From: a virus
Taxonomy: Duplodnaviria > Heunggongvirae > Uroviricota > Caudoviricetes
Strand: one strand, 5' to 3'
Virus record (IMG/VR): IMGVR_UViG_2541047849_000007
DNA: 32,016 nucleotides
The notes under the pieces are model-generated. The model was given only the letters and a program-made list of their open reading frames with translations, was not told where the DNA came from and ran no database searches. This document shows, in pieces, positions 8,806 through 16,719 of this stretch. The translations under genes were made by a program, and so were the position numbers. Position 1 is the first letter of the stretch. Each line of letters begins with the position of its first letter.

Positions 8806-9120
8806 TTACAAACGACTACCTGAAATGACACGTTGGTTGATTTCGTTAATGCGATCCTGTGCACGTGCCATCTCGTTACTGTGGGCCATGGCGATCTGCA
8901 GCAACTGGATGCCCGGTGCGAAACGCCCGTTTTCCAGTTTCAGGGCCAGTCCTTCTTCAATGAGGGTGTTGAGTGCCCGGTTGATGTTTGCCGGTGACTC
9001 GTGCAGTGCTGCCGCCAGTTCACCATTGGAAATACCGTTCAGGGCATGACCGCGCAGCGCTTTGAGTACCCGGAGGATGCGACTGCCGGAGCTTGAAACA
9101 TTCGTCTTACTCATCTGCAT
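8806..9120 (-). CDS. Winged-helix DNA-binding regulator (putative)
   Basis: ILRVLKALRGH ... ISNGELAAALHESPANINRALNTLIEEGLA resembles MarR/IclR-type winged HTH. An alternative start at ATG 9112-9114 has better GAGG spacing. Confidence 0.5.
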   Translation of the reverse strand: MQMSKTNVSSSGSRILRVLKALRGHALNGISNGELAAALHESPANINRALNTLIEEGLALKLENGRFAPGIQLLQIAMAHSNEMARAQDRINEINQRVISGSRL

Positions 9121-9166
9121 ACCTCTTTTGCGATATGTGATAACCTTTTACAAAGAATCAAAATAT

Positions 9167-9355
9167 TCAGGCTGCCTGAGCTGTTGATTTCAGCCCCAGT
9201 TTCACGGCGATTTCATGGGATTTACCGTAACGTGCTTTGCTCTGCCCATTGAGAACGCGGTATACCTCATTGCGGTTGTAGCCGTTTTCTTCTGCCCAGC
9301 GGGTGAAAGTGATCCCGCGCTGGCGGAAGAGAGCTTTGACTTGTTCTGCAGTCAT
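9167..9355 (-). CDS. ner: Ner-like DNA-binding protein (first gene of early operon)
   Basis: 62 aa. RYGKSHEIAVKLGL resembles the Mu Ner/Nlp C-terminal helix region. AAGGAG RBS. Sits directly downstream of a strong sigma70-like promoter and diverges from the repressor gene. Confidence 0.55.
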   Translation of the reverse strand: MTAEQVKALFRQRGITFTRWAEENGYNRNEVYRVLNGQSKARYGKSHEIAVKLGLKSTAQAA

Positions 9356-9402
9356 CGTTGTCTCCTTTGTTGATGCAATGATGTTTGCCTTATGTGTGAT
9401 AG

Positions 9403-9431
9403 ATTATGGTGCAGATTATCTCACCAGTCAA
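9403..9431 (-). promoter_or_regulatory. Early promoter (Pe-like) with overlapping putative operator repeats
   Basis: On the minus strand: TTGACT (-35; plus 9426-9431), 17-nt spacer, CATAAT (-10; plus 9403-9408). Direct repeats AGATTAT at about 9401-9407 and 9413-9419 overlap the -10 and spacer. Confidence 0.5.
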
Positions 9432-9455
9432 CTTAAAGAGTGCAGAAAAACTCAC

Positions 9456-9794
9456 ATGATCGGGTTACGTATTAAAGAAGAAAGAGAGCGTCTATCTCTT
9501 ACACAGCAAGGGTTGGCTGATGCTATCGGTGTGGCAAAGAGAACTTTTATTGATTGGGAAAAAGATCGCACTTCTCCTACTGCAGTGCAGTTATCTGCAC
9601 TATCAGAAATCGGTGTAGATGTTTTGTATGTAGTTACTGGGGTGCGGAGTCAGCCTGTTGTTGCACCTTATATGTCACAAGAAAAGAAAGAGTTAATGGA
9701 TGCATTCGACGAGATGAGCCCCGAACAACGGAGGGCAATTCTTGAGGTCGGCAAAGTCTTCATTCAACCCAAACCAAGCAAACTCGCAGGCTGA
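9456..9794 (+). CDS. XRE-family HTH repressor (lysogeny repressor candidate)
   Basis: ATG 9456. Classic HTH_3 region LSLTQQGLADAIGVAKRTFIDWEKDRTSP. Divergent from the early operon. The track ORF begins at an upstream GTG inside ner and is not preferred. Confidence 0.7.
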   Translation: MIGLRIKEERERLSLTQQGLADAIGVAKRTFIDWEKDRTSPTAVQLSALSEIGVDVLYVVTGVRSQPVVAPYMSQEKKELMDAFDEMSPEQRRAILEVGKVFIQPKPSKLAG

Positions 9795-9880
9795 TTCTGA
9801 CCTGGACAGAAAGGACAGGTGGTTGATCTGGATGCTTTCAGAAAACGCCGTCAGTAGCATGGCAGAAATCGGCGGGCTTA

Positions 9881-9914
9881 CCGGAAAGCACTGTACTTTC
9901 CGGTTATGGCTTTT
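9881..9914 (+). terminator. Rho-independent terminator after repressor gene
   Basis: CCGGAAAG-cactgta-CTTTCCGG (8-bp perfect stem) followed by TTATGGCTTTT. Also sits at the 3' end of the convergent dam gene. Confidence 0.55.
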
Positions 9915-10677
9915 AGAAATTGCAGATCACCAGCTCACGGCGTGGAGTTGATTTGCCTGCCAGACTGTAGTTGATGTTCACTGTCTGTATGTTCAGTCCA
10001 GTGAACACCTCGCGCATCTGCGGGATGTCGTTCACCGAAATTATCATCTTTCCTCTGATGCACCGGGCCAGCTCTGCCAGCCGCGAGTAGTTCCCTTCAG
10101 GAAAATCCACACCATAGCCTTCTGTACCCAGATACGGCGGGTCACAGTAGAACAGCGTGTGCGGACGGTCATAGCGCTCAATGCACTGTTGCCAGTCCAT
10201 GTGTTCTATCACCGTTCTGGAAAGCCGCAGGTGTGCCGCTGACAGTTCTTCCTCGATACGCAGCAGGTTGAAGCGTGGCGGGGATGTGGTGGAGGTGCCG
10301 AAGCTGTGCTCTGCCACCTTGCCGCCAAACGCCTGCTTCTGGAGGTAGTAGAACCGTGCTGCACGCTGGATATCCGTCAGTGTTTCTGTCGGGGTGATCT
10401 GCAGCCATTTGTAGATCTGCCGGCTGACCAGCGCCCATTTGAACTGGCGGACAAATTCTTCCAGATGATGTTTTACCACCCGATACAGATTTACCAGTTC
10501 ACCATTGATATCGTTAATGACTTCGAGCTTACCAGGTGTCTTAAGAAAATAGAGCGCTGCTGCGCCGCAGAACGGCTCCACGTAACATTCATGCGCCGGA
10601 AACAGCGGCAGGATGTGTTTTGCCAGGCGACGTTTGCCACCAATCCATGGAACGATGGGTAATGTCTGCATTTTCAT
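9913..10677 (-). CDS. dam: DNA N6-adenine methyltransferase (Dam/D12 class)
   Basis: 254 aa. Motif I region VEPFCGAAALYF and catalytic motif IV DPPY (FYCDPPYLGTEGYG). Confidence 0.85.
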   Translation of the reverse strand: MKMQTLPIVPWIGGKRRLAKHILPLFPAHECYVEPFCGAAALYFLKTPGKLEVINDINGELVNLYRVVKHHLEEFVRQFKWALVSRQIYKWLQITPTETLTDIQRAARFYYLQKQAFGGKVAEHSFGTSTTSPPRFNLLRIEEELSAAHLRLSRTVIEHMDWQQCIERYDRPHTLFYCDPPYLGTEGYGVDFPEGNYSRLAELARCIRGKMIISVNDIPQMREVFTGLNIQTVNINYSLAGKSTPRRELVICNF

Positions 10678-10869
10678 AATCTGTAAGCCTTTTACAATTA
10701 TTAAAAATATGGCAGGCTAGTCTGGTCTCGCGAGACTGACTGAACCCCGGTCGGCTCACAGCGCATTCCTGTGGGACGATGGCCAGCCCGGTGGGTCCGA
10801 AGCACCGGGCTGGTCGTTCTTTCATGATGCGGCAGGGATGAAGTGATTTCTGTTAATGTGGTTTAGGGA

Positions 10870-11085
10870 TTATCCGGGGCGATTTTCTGACCTTATCTGG
10901 TCCAGGGCATAAGTGATCCCTTCTGCAAAAACAGAAGTATCAAACTGCTTTTGTATTTCCTGAAAATGAACAGTGGCACGACAGACACTCAGTTCTCCGC
11001 GATGTAACCGGATAATATCTTCCAGAACATTGTTCACTGCTTCGGCACGGCGCTGATGTTCTGTTAACGTTAATCGGGGATTCAT
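10870..11085 (-). CDS. Hypothetical protein (71 aa)
   Basis: ATG 11083-11085 with AAGGAG RBS 7 nt upstream. No family recognised. Confidence 0.5.
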   Translation of the reverse strand: MNPRLTLTEHQRRAEAVNNVLEDIIRLHRGELSVCRATVHFQEIQKQFDTSVFAEGITYALDQIRSENRPG

Positions 11086-11462
11086 GATGCACTCCTTAAA
11101 TGATGATTTTTATGTACTCACCGGCAAAATATTCTGCCGATTACTGAACACGCATCCGGCTCCTCAGGTTTTGATTTATTCTGGTTTTTTCGATATCCCG
11201 GACCAGGTTGATCACGACAGAAAAAGTGCCGGTATTTTATTGATACGCTGATATGGCTTCGGGATAACAGCTATATTCGTTACTCTCAGTTGCTGGCTGT
11301 GGGAGCGGCTGATGTCGTCCTCACGGAAAAAACGCTCTGTCTGCTCAATGCCATGCCGACCTTTCTGCAGCCCCGGCCCGTACCATTTAAAGAGTCACTT
11401 CTGGATGCAGTAAAAACCGGTGAAAATGCAGTCATCGCTGAATGCGTATCCCGGATTATGCG

Positions 11463-12011
11463 TTACGTGTTTAATGAACGTAAGTGAGGTTTATCCGCTG
11501 TCTGCATAATCCCGATAGCCAGTGCGAGGGGAAGCAATTCCGGGGAAACTCTTTCAAACAGCGATTCCCATTCTCCTCTCGCCATCACTCTGTCCAGCCC
11601 GCCCTCCAGCTGCATTTCAGCAATCTTCCTGATTTCCCGGAACAACGCCGCTTTGATCTCTTCATGCTCAGCTTTATTTTCCGGTGTCAGAATGTATTCG
11701 TCGAAGAACCGGGGAGGCTGGTTAACGGGGGGCATGTTCACCGGGATGTGTTCCTGTATCCCGTACTCCGGGGCTGAAAAACATTTTGTTGTCTGACCGG
11801 TGAGTTTGCGTAACACCTTCATGAGTTGCTCCTGAAGCAGCTCATTCGTCCGACAGATACGCTCGTCGTCCACAACTGCGGCATCGACAATGACGCTTTT
11901 TCCAAATTCCTTTTTCACCATCTCTTTTATACGCGTCAGAACGTAACTTTTACCGCTGCCTACAGGCCCGGACACTCTGACGGTGATGGTCGGCTTCGGT
12001 GTGACTGTCAT
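11463..12011 (-). CDS. P-loop NTPase, small kinase-like fold (unknown substrate)
   Basis: Preferred start ATG 12009-12011 (AAGGAG RBS 7 nt upstream), giving about 182 aa. Walker A GPVGSGKS sits about 15 aa from the N-terminus, followed about 25 aa later by VIVDAAVVDDE, as in small nucleotide kinases. Confidence 0.55.
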   Translation of the reverse strand: MTVTPKPTITVRVSGPVGSGKSYVLTRIKEMVKKEFGKSVIVDAAVVDDERICRTNELLQEQLMKVLRKLTGQTTKCFSAPEYGIQEHIPVNMPPVNQPPRFFDEYILTPENKAEHEEIKAALFREIRKIAEMQLEGGLDRVMARGEWESLFERVSPELLPLALAIGIMQTADKPHLRSLNT

Positions 12012-12039
12012 TCTGTATCTCCTTTGTGAGTGATCCAGC

Positions 12040-12354
12040 GTGTATTCTGCATACCCCGAACACGCCTCTCTCTTAACGCGCTTTAAAATCCTCCGCGCCA
12101 CGCTTTTGCCATGCTGTCTCCACACAACAAGGAGACATTTTCATGAAACCATTCACTTCCCTTACCCGGACACCACGCAACTGGAACTGCGCCGTGAGCT
12201 TGATTACCTGGCAGATCGCAAAATGGTGGAACTGGAGAGGAGACCGTCCGGTGACTGGTTTGCCGATCTGAGTCGCCTTGGTGTGGATATTGTGGAATAC
12301 ACCGTGGAATGCGGCCCCGGTATTGCCCGCCCGGAAAAATACTGGAGTGAGTGA
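12040..12354 (+). CDS. Hypothetical protein, start undetermined (possible frameshifted gene)
   Basis: Protein-like reading frame runs to a TGA 2 nt before the terS ATG, but has no in-frame ATG with an RBS. The only ATG with a strong RBS (AAGGAGA, ATG 12143) is in the adjacent frame and gives a 42-aa Trp-rich product. Confidence 0.3.
   Translation: MYSAYPEHASLLTRFKILRATLLPCCLHTTRRHFHETIHFPYPDTTQLELRRELDYLADRKMVELERRPSGDWFADLSRLGVDIVEYTVECGPGIARPEKYWSE
12066..12090 (+). promoter_or_regulatory. Candidate late promoter motif, copy 1 (head of late operon)
   Basis: CTCTCTTAA-cgcg-CTTTAAAATC. Shares the TCTTAA-N4-CTTTAA(A/T)ATC pattern with sites at 23227 and 29577. About 50 nt upstream of the first late-operon RBS. 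Confidence 0.4.
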
Positions 12355-12356
12355 TT

Positions 12357-12899
12357 ATGGGACGTCGCAGCAGCATTGATTCTCTGCCGAAGGAGGTCCG
12401 TCGCTGGCTTGAGCGGGCACTGACGGAGAATAATTTCACCGGCTATGCAGAGCTTGAAAGTCTGTTGAAGGAAAAGGGGTACAGCATCACCCGCTCTTCC
12501 CTGCAGCGGTTTGGCTACAAAATGGAGCAGCAACTGGCCCGTGTGCGGGCGGCAACCGAGGCAGCGCGTCTGCTTGCCCGGGAGGCCGGAGACGATCCTG
12601 ATGACCGTTCAGCCGGACTGATAACCCTCGTCCAGACCGAAATGACGGATATCCTGATGCGCCTGCAGGAGTCGCGGGAAAACGACGATCCCTTCGCCCG
12701 GGCAAAACTGCTGGCAACGGCTTCAAAAAATATCGCCACACTGACCCGCGCCTCGGTCAACCTCAAGCGCTATCAGGCAGAAGTCAGAGAGAGGGTTGAA
12801 CGTGCTGCCGCTGCCGCCGAGAAAATTGCCCGTAAGGGCGGGCTCTCTGCGGAAGCCGTACAGGCACTGCGCCGGGAAATTCTGGGGGTGGCGTCATGA
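12357..12899 (+). CDS. Terminase small subunit (Mu gp27-like)
   Basis: 181 aa from ATG 12357. Positioned immediately upstream of, and overlapping (ATGA), the large terminase gene. N-terminal region resembles Mu gp27. Confidence 0.65.
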   Translation: MGRRSSIDSLPKEVRRWLERALTENNFTGYAELESLLKEKGYSITRSSLQRFGYKMEQQLARVRAATEAARLLAREAGDDPDDRSAGLITLVQTEMTDILMRLQESRENDDPFARAKLLATASKNIATLTRASVNLKRYQAEVRERVERAAAAAEKIARKGGLSAEAVQALRREILGVAS

Positions 12900-14419
12900 C
12901 GGAGCTGCCGCCGCACATTCCTGACACCGCGAGTTATGAGACACCGCCGGTTCTGTTGCCTTACCAGCAGCGCTGGGTGGCAGATACCTCTCCGCTTAAG
13001 GTGATGGAAAAGAGCCGTCGTACCGGTATTACATGGGCTGAGGCATCCGATAACGTACTGACCGCAGCCTCTTCTGCGCCTGCAGGCGGGATGAATGTGT
13101 ATTACATCGCCTATAACCAGGATATGACCGTCGAATACATTCAGGCGTGTGCGATGTGGGCGCGGGCATTCAACTATGCGGCCAGTGAAATTGAAGAAGG
13201 ATTCTGGGAGGAGGACGACGACGATAAACACATCAGGACTTACACCATCAAATTTCCTGACTCCGGCTTTCGCATTGTCGCGCTCTCCAGCCGCCCGTCT
13301 AACCTGCGTGGCCGTCAGGGTATTATTGTTATCGACGAAGCGGCGTTCCATGAGCAACTGGACGAACTGCTGAAAGCGGCGCTGGCGATGCTTATCTGGG
13401 GGGGCAAGGTACGCGTTATCTCCACCCATGACGGTGACGACAATCCATTCAGTACGCTTATCGGAGATATCCGTGCCGGACGTCAGGGAGGCAGCGTACA
13501 TCGCATCACTTTCCGGGAAGCCGTATCTGAGGGGCTGTTCCAGCGCGTTTGTCTGCGCACCGGGAAGGAATGGTCGGAGGCATCCGAGCTGGCCTGGATG
13601 GCGTCGGTGTACAAATTCTACGGTGCCGGCGCATCCGAAGAGCTTGACTGTATTCCGGCCAACGGTGGCGGTGCCTGGCTGTCCCGTGCCCTGATAGAGT
13701 CCCGAATGTCCGCTGATACGCCAGTATTGCGTCTGACCTGCAAGGAAGGTTATGAACTGCTGTCTGATGAGGTTCGCTTCCACGAGACACAGGACTGGCT
13801 TGATGAGCATCTGAAACCCTTGCTGGAGGCACTCCCCACTGATGCCCGCTCTTTCCTGGGGCGCGACTTTGGTCGCAGCGGTGATTTGTCGGTGGACTAT
13901 CCCCTGCTGCAGGAGAAGAACCTGGTACGACGCGTGCCATTCGTACTGGAGCTGCGTAACGTGCCGTTCAGACAGCAGGAGCAAATCACCTGGTATCTGA
14001 TGGATGGCCTGCCCGGTCTGCTGGGTGCAGCATTTGATGCCCGTGGTAATGGTGCCTATCTGGCTGAATACGCCATGCAGCGCTACGGCTCCAGCCGGGT
14101 TCAGCAGGTGATGCCAACCGAAGGCTGGTACCGGGAGCATATGCCTCCGGTCAAAGCTGCACTGGAAGACGGTAACCTGCTGGACTTACCAAAAGATGAA
14201 GACACACTGGATGACCTGCGGGCCGTTCAGGTGGTGAACGGTGTCCCCCGCGTGCCGGAACAACGCTCAAAAGCAAAGGCTGATGGTGGTAAACGCCACG
14301 GGGATTCAGCCATCGCACTGGCGCTGGCGTATTTCGCCAGCCGTGAAATTAACAAAGGGCCGGTGAAGGCAAGCTCACGACGTCGTCGTCAGGCGGCCCG
14401 TATGCTGGAGGGATTCTGA
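12896..14419 (+). CDS. Terminase large subunit (Mu gp28-like)
   Basis: 507 aa. Size, position and acidic nuclease-like C-terminal half fit a Mu-type large terminase. Confidence 0.8.
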   Translation: MTELPPHIPDTASYETPPVLLPYQQRWVADTSPLKVMEKSRRTGITWAEASDNVLTAASSAPAGGMNVYYIAYNQDMTVEYIQACAMWARAFNYAASEIEEGFWEEDDDDKHIRTYTIKFPDSGFRIVALSSRPSNLRGRQGIIVIDEAAFHEQLDELLKAALAMLIWGGKVRVISTHDGDDNPFSTLIGDIRAGRQGGSVHRITFREAVSEGLFQRVCLRTGKEWSEASELAWMASVYKFYGAGASEELDCIPANGGGAWLSRALIESRMSADTPVLRLTCKEGYELLSDEVRFHETQDWLDEHLKPLLEALPTDARSFLGRDFGRSGDLSVDYPLLQEKNLVRRVPFVLELRNVPFRQQEQITWYLMDGLPGLLGAAFDARGNGAYLAEYAMQRYGSSRVQQVMPTEGWYREHMPPVKAALEDGNLLDLPKDEDTLDDLRAVQVVNGVPRVPEQRSKAKADGGKRHGDSAIALALAYFASREINKGPVKASSRRRRQAARMLEGF

Positions 14420-15915
14420 TGGCAAAAGGTATCTGGGTTTCACCCGATGAGTTCGTGGCGTTTGCCGAACCCAAAAAGTCACTGACCGCGCAGATTGCCT
14501 CCCGCAGCCGCGCCATCGACTTTTACGCTCTGGGAATGTACCTGCCCAACCCTGATCCCATTCTCAAGGCTCAGGGACGGGATATCCGTATCTACCGCGA
14601 ACTGCGCACCGACCCGCTGGTCGGGGGCTGTATCCGCAGACGTAAAGCAGCGGTCAAATCGCTGGAACGTGGACTGGAGCGCGGTCACGCTTCTGCCCGG
14701 GTCTTCCGTTTCATCCGCGACATGCTCGACGATCTGGATCTGTCCCGCATCATCGGTGAGATGAGCGATGCCGTGCTCTACGGGTATCAGCCCTGTGAAA
14801 TCATGTGGGGCCGTTCGGTCAGGGCGTGGGCGGTGACGGATATTGTCGGCAAACCGCCTGAGTGGTTTCAGTTTGATACGGACAACTGCCTGCGCTTCCG
14901 GGCTCGTGATGCGGGTGTGGAGGGTGAGCTGCTGTCACCGTCAAAATTCGTGGTGCCGGCACAGGATGCCTCGTATGACAATCCTTACGGTTTCCCGGAC
15001 CTGTCCATGTGCTTCTGGCCGGTCGCCTTCAAGAAAGGCGGGATGAAATTCTGGCTCCGCTTTGCCGAAAAGTTTGGCTCCCCCTGGGTCATCGGTAAGC
15101 ACCCGAGGGGTGCAAATGATGCAGAGATTGAAAAACTGCTGGACTCCATGGAGCAGATGGTGGAGGACGCGGTGGCCGCCATCCCTGATGACAGCAGCAT
15201 CGAACTCAAAGCAGCGGATGGCAAGGCGGACAGCAGCGAGGTATTCCGCGAGCTGATCACACTGTCACGCAGTGAGATCTCCATTGCATTACTCGGTCAG
15301 AATCAGACCACGGAAGCGAACAGTAACAAGGCCTCTGCACAGGCCGGGCTGGAGGTGACGGCTGATATCCGCGATGCGGATGCGGACATCATTCAGGCGG
15401 CAGTGAATCAGGTCATAAGAACGGTGGTCACCCTGAACTTCGGCGATGTGCCGTGTCCGGTCTGGGCCATGTGGGAACAGGAGGCCATTGATGACACCCG
15501 TGCCACCCGCGATGAAAAACTCACCCGGGCGGGTCTGCGTCTGACCCCGCAATACTTCAAGCGTGAGTACCAGCTGCAGGACGGCGATATTGACGAGACA
15601 CCACCGTCAGAATGCGAGAAGAACATGCTGCCGCTGTCATTTGCCGAGGCGATTGATGCCGATATTCAGGCTCAGCAGCAGCTTGACGACGCGCTGGACA
15701 TTCTGATGAACGGAGGTGTGTTAAATGGCACGCTGGAACCCGTCCTGGCACCTCTGTTCAGACGGGTCGAAAACGGGGTTAACCCGACTGAGCTGCTGGG
15801 CGAACTGGCGGAGCTCTACCCTCAGATGAACACGGACGATCTGCAGGAGCGGCTGGCCCGTATTCTCTTTGTGGCAAATATCTGGGGGCATCTGCATGAG
15901 CGTGACAACGGCTGA
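14419..15915 (+). CDS. Portal protein (Mu gp29-like, DUF935)
   Basis: 498 aa immediately after the large terminase (TGATG overlap), the standard position for a Mu-like portal. Confidence 0.8.
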   Translation: MAKGIWVSPDEFVAFAEPKKSLTAQIASRSRAIDFYALGMYLPNPDPILKAQGRDIRIYRELRTDPLVGGCIRRRKAAVKSLERGLERGHASARVFRFIRDMLDDLDLSRIIGEMSDAVLYGYQPCEIMWGRSVRAWAVTDIVGKPPEWFQFDTDNCLRFRARDAGVEGELLSPSKFVVPAQDASYDNPYGFPDLSMCFWPVAFKKGGMKFWLRFAEKFGSPWVIGKHPRGANDAEIEKLLDSMEQMVEDAVAAIPDDSSIELKAADGKADSSEVFRELITLSRSEISIALLGQNQTTEANSNKASAQAGLEVTADIRDADADIIQAAVNQVIRTVVTLNFGDVPCPVWAMWEQEAIDDTRATRDEKLTRAGLRLTPQYFKREYQLQDGDIDETPPSECEKNMLPLSFAEAIDADIQAQQQLDDALDILMNGGVLNGTLEPVLAPLFRRVENGVNPTELLGELAELYPQMNTDDLQERLARILFVANIWGHLHERDNG

Positions 15916-16717
15916 ACTGGCGTACTGCATGACGCTTCCCCCGAAGCGGGCAGTCAGCTACCTGAAGTCCAAAGGGTATCAGATTACCTGGGACCAGGAA
16001 GAAATGTGGCAGGACGCCCATGCCCGCGCCTTTACCGTCGCTAAAGTGACCCGCCTGGATATTCTGGAAGATATTCGCGGGACACTGCAGCAGGCTGTTG
16101 ATGAAGGAAAAACCGATCGCTGGTTCCGGCAGGAGCTGGAGCCGGCGCTGAAGCGCAGGGGATGGTGGGGACCGCGTGACACGACTGACCCGGTAACGGG
16201 TGAGCCGGTCACCATTCAGCAGGGCAGTCCGTGGCGGCTCGATACCATCTTTCGCACCAATATGTCCGTACTCTACAGCGCCGGTCGTTGGGCGGAGCAG
16301 ATGGAAAACGTCGACGACAGGCCGTACTGGATGTATACCGGCATCAACGACAGCCATACCCGCAGGAGCCATCTGGCGCTGCATGGTCTGGTGCTGCGCT
16401 GGGATGACCCGTTCTGGCAGGCATTTTACCCGCCGAACGGCTGGCGCTGCCGCTGTAGTGTGATTGCCCTGAGTGCGGCGGATGTACGTGCCCGTGGCCT
16501 GAAGGTTATCAGCTCCGGCTCTGCCATGGGCCAGGAACTGAAACTGGTCTCAGAGAAAACCGGCGAAATGTGGAACGTGGCCACCTTTAATACCGGCACC
16601 ACGAAGGTGACCACCGACGTCGGCTGGTCTTATGCACCGGGGGCAGCATACCGTCCCGACCTGGCCCGCTATCAGGGTACGCTTCAGCCACTGGCACAAC
16701 AGGAACTGAGAGGATAA
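15896..16717 (+). CDS. Head morphogenesis protein (Mu F / gp30-like)
   Basis: About 273 aa from ATG 15896, overlapping the portal end. Position and content fit the Mu F family. Confidence 0.7.
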   Translation: MSVTTAELAYCMTLPPKRAVSYLKSKGYQITWDQEEMWQDAHARAFTVAKVTRLDILEDIRGTLQQAVDEGKTDRWFRQELEPALKRRGWWGPRDTTDPVTGEPVTIQQGSPWRLDTIFRTNMSVLYSAGRWAEQMENVDDRPYWMYTGINDSHTRRSHLALHGLVLRWDDPFWQAFYPPNGWRCRCSVIALSAADVRARGLKVISSGSAMGQELKLVSEKTGEMWNVATFNTGTTKVTTDVGWSYAPGAAYRPDLARYQGTLQPLAQQELRG

Positions 16718-16719
16718 CA

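Noticed and set aside
12143-12271. 42-aa ORF with strong RBS
   Set aside because: Product (MKPFTSLTRTPRNWNCAVSLITWQIAKWWNWRGD...) is Trp-rich and not protein-like. Treated as an out-of-frame artefact of the adjacent longer frame rather than a gene; see the frame-anomaly finding.
12773-14140. 455-aa ORF on the minus strand
   Set aside because: Lies antisense inside the terminase large-subunit gene. The product is low-complexity and Arg/Gln/Cys-rich, there is no RBS context, and the sense-strand gene has clear organisation. Shadow ORF.
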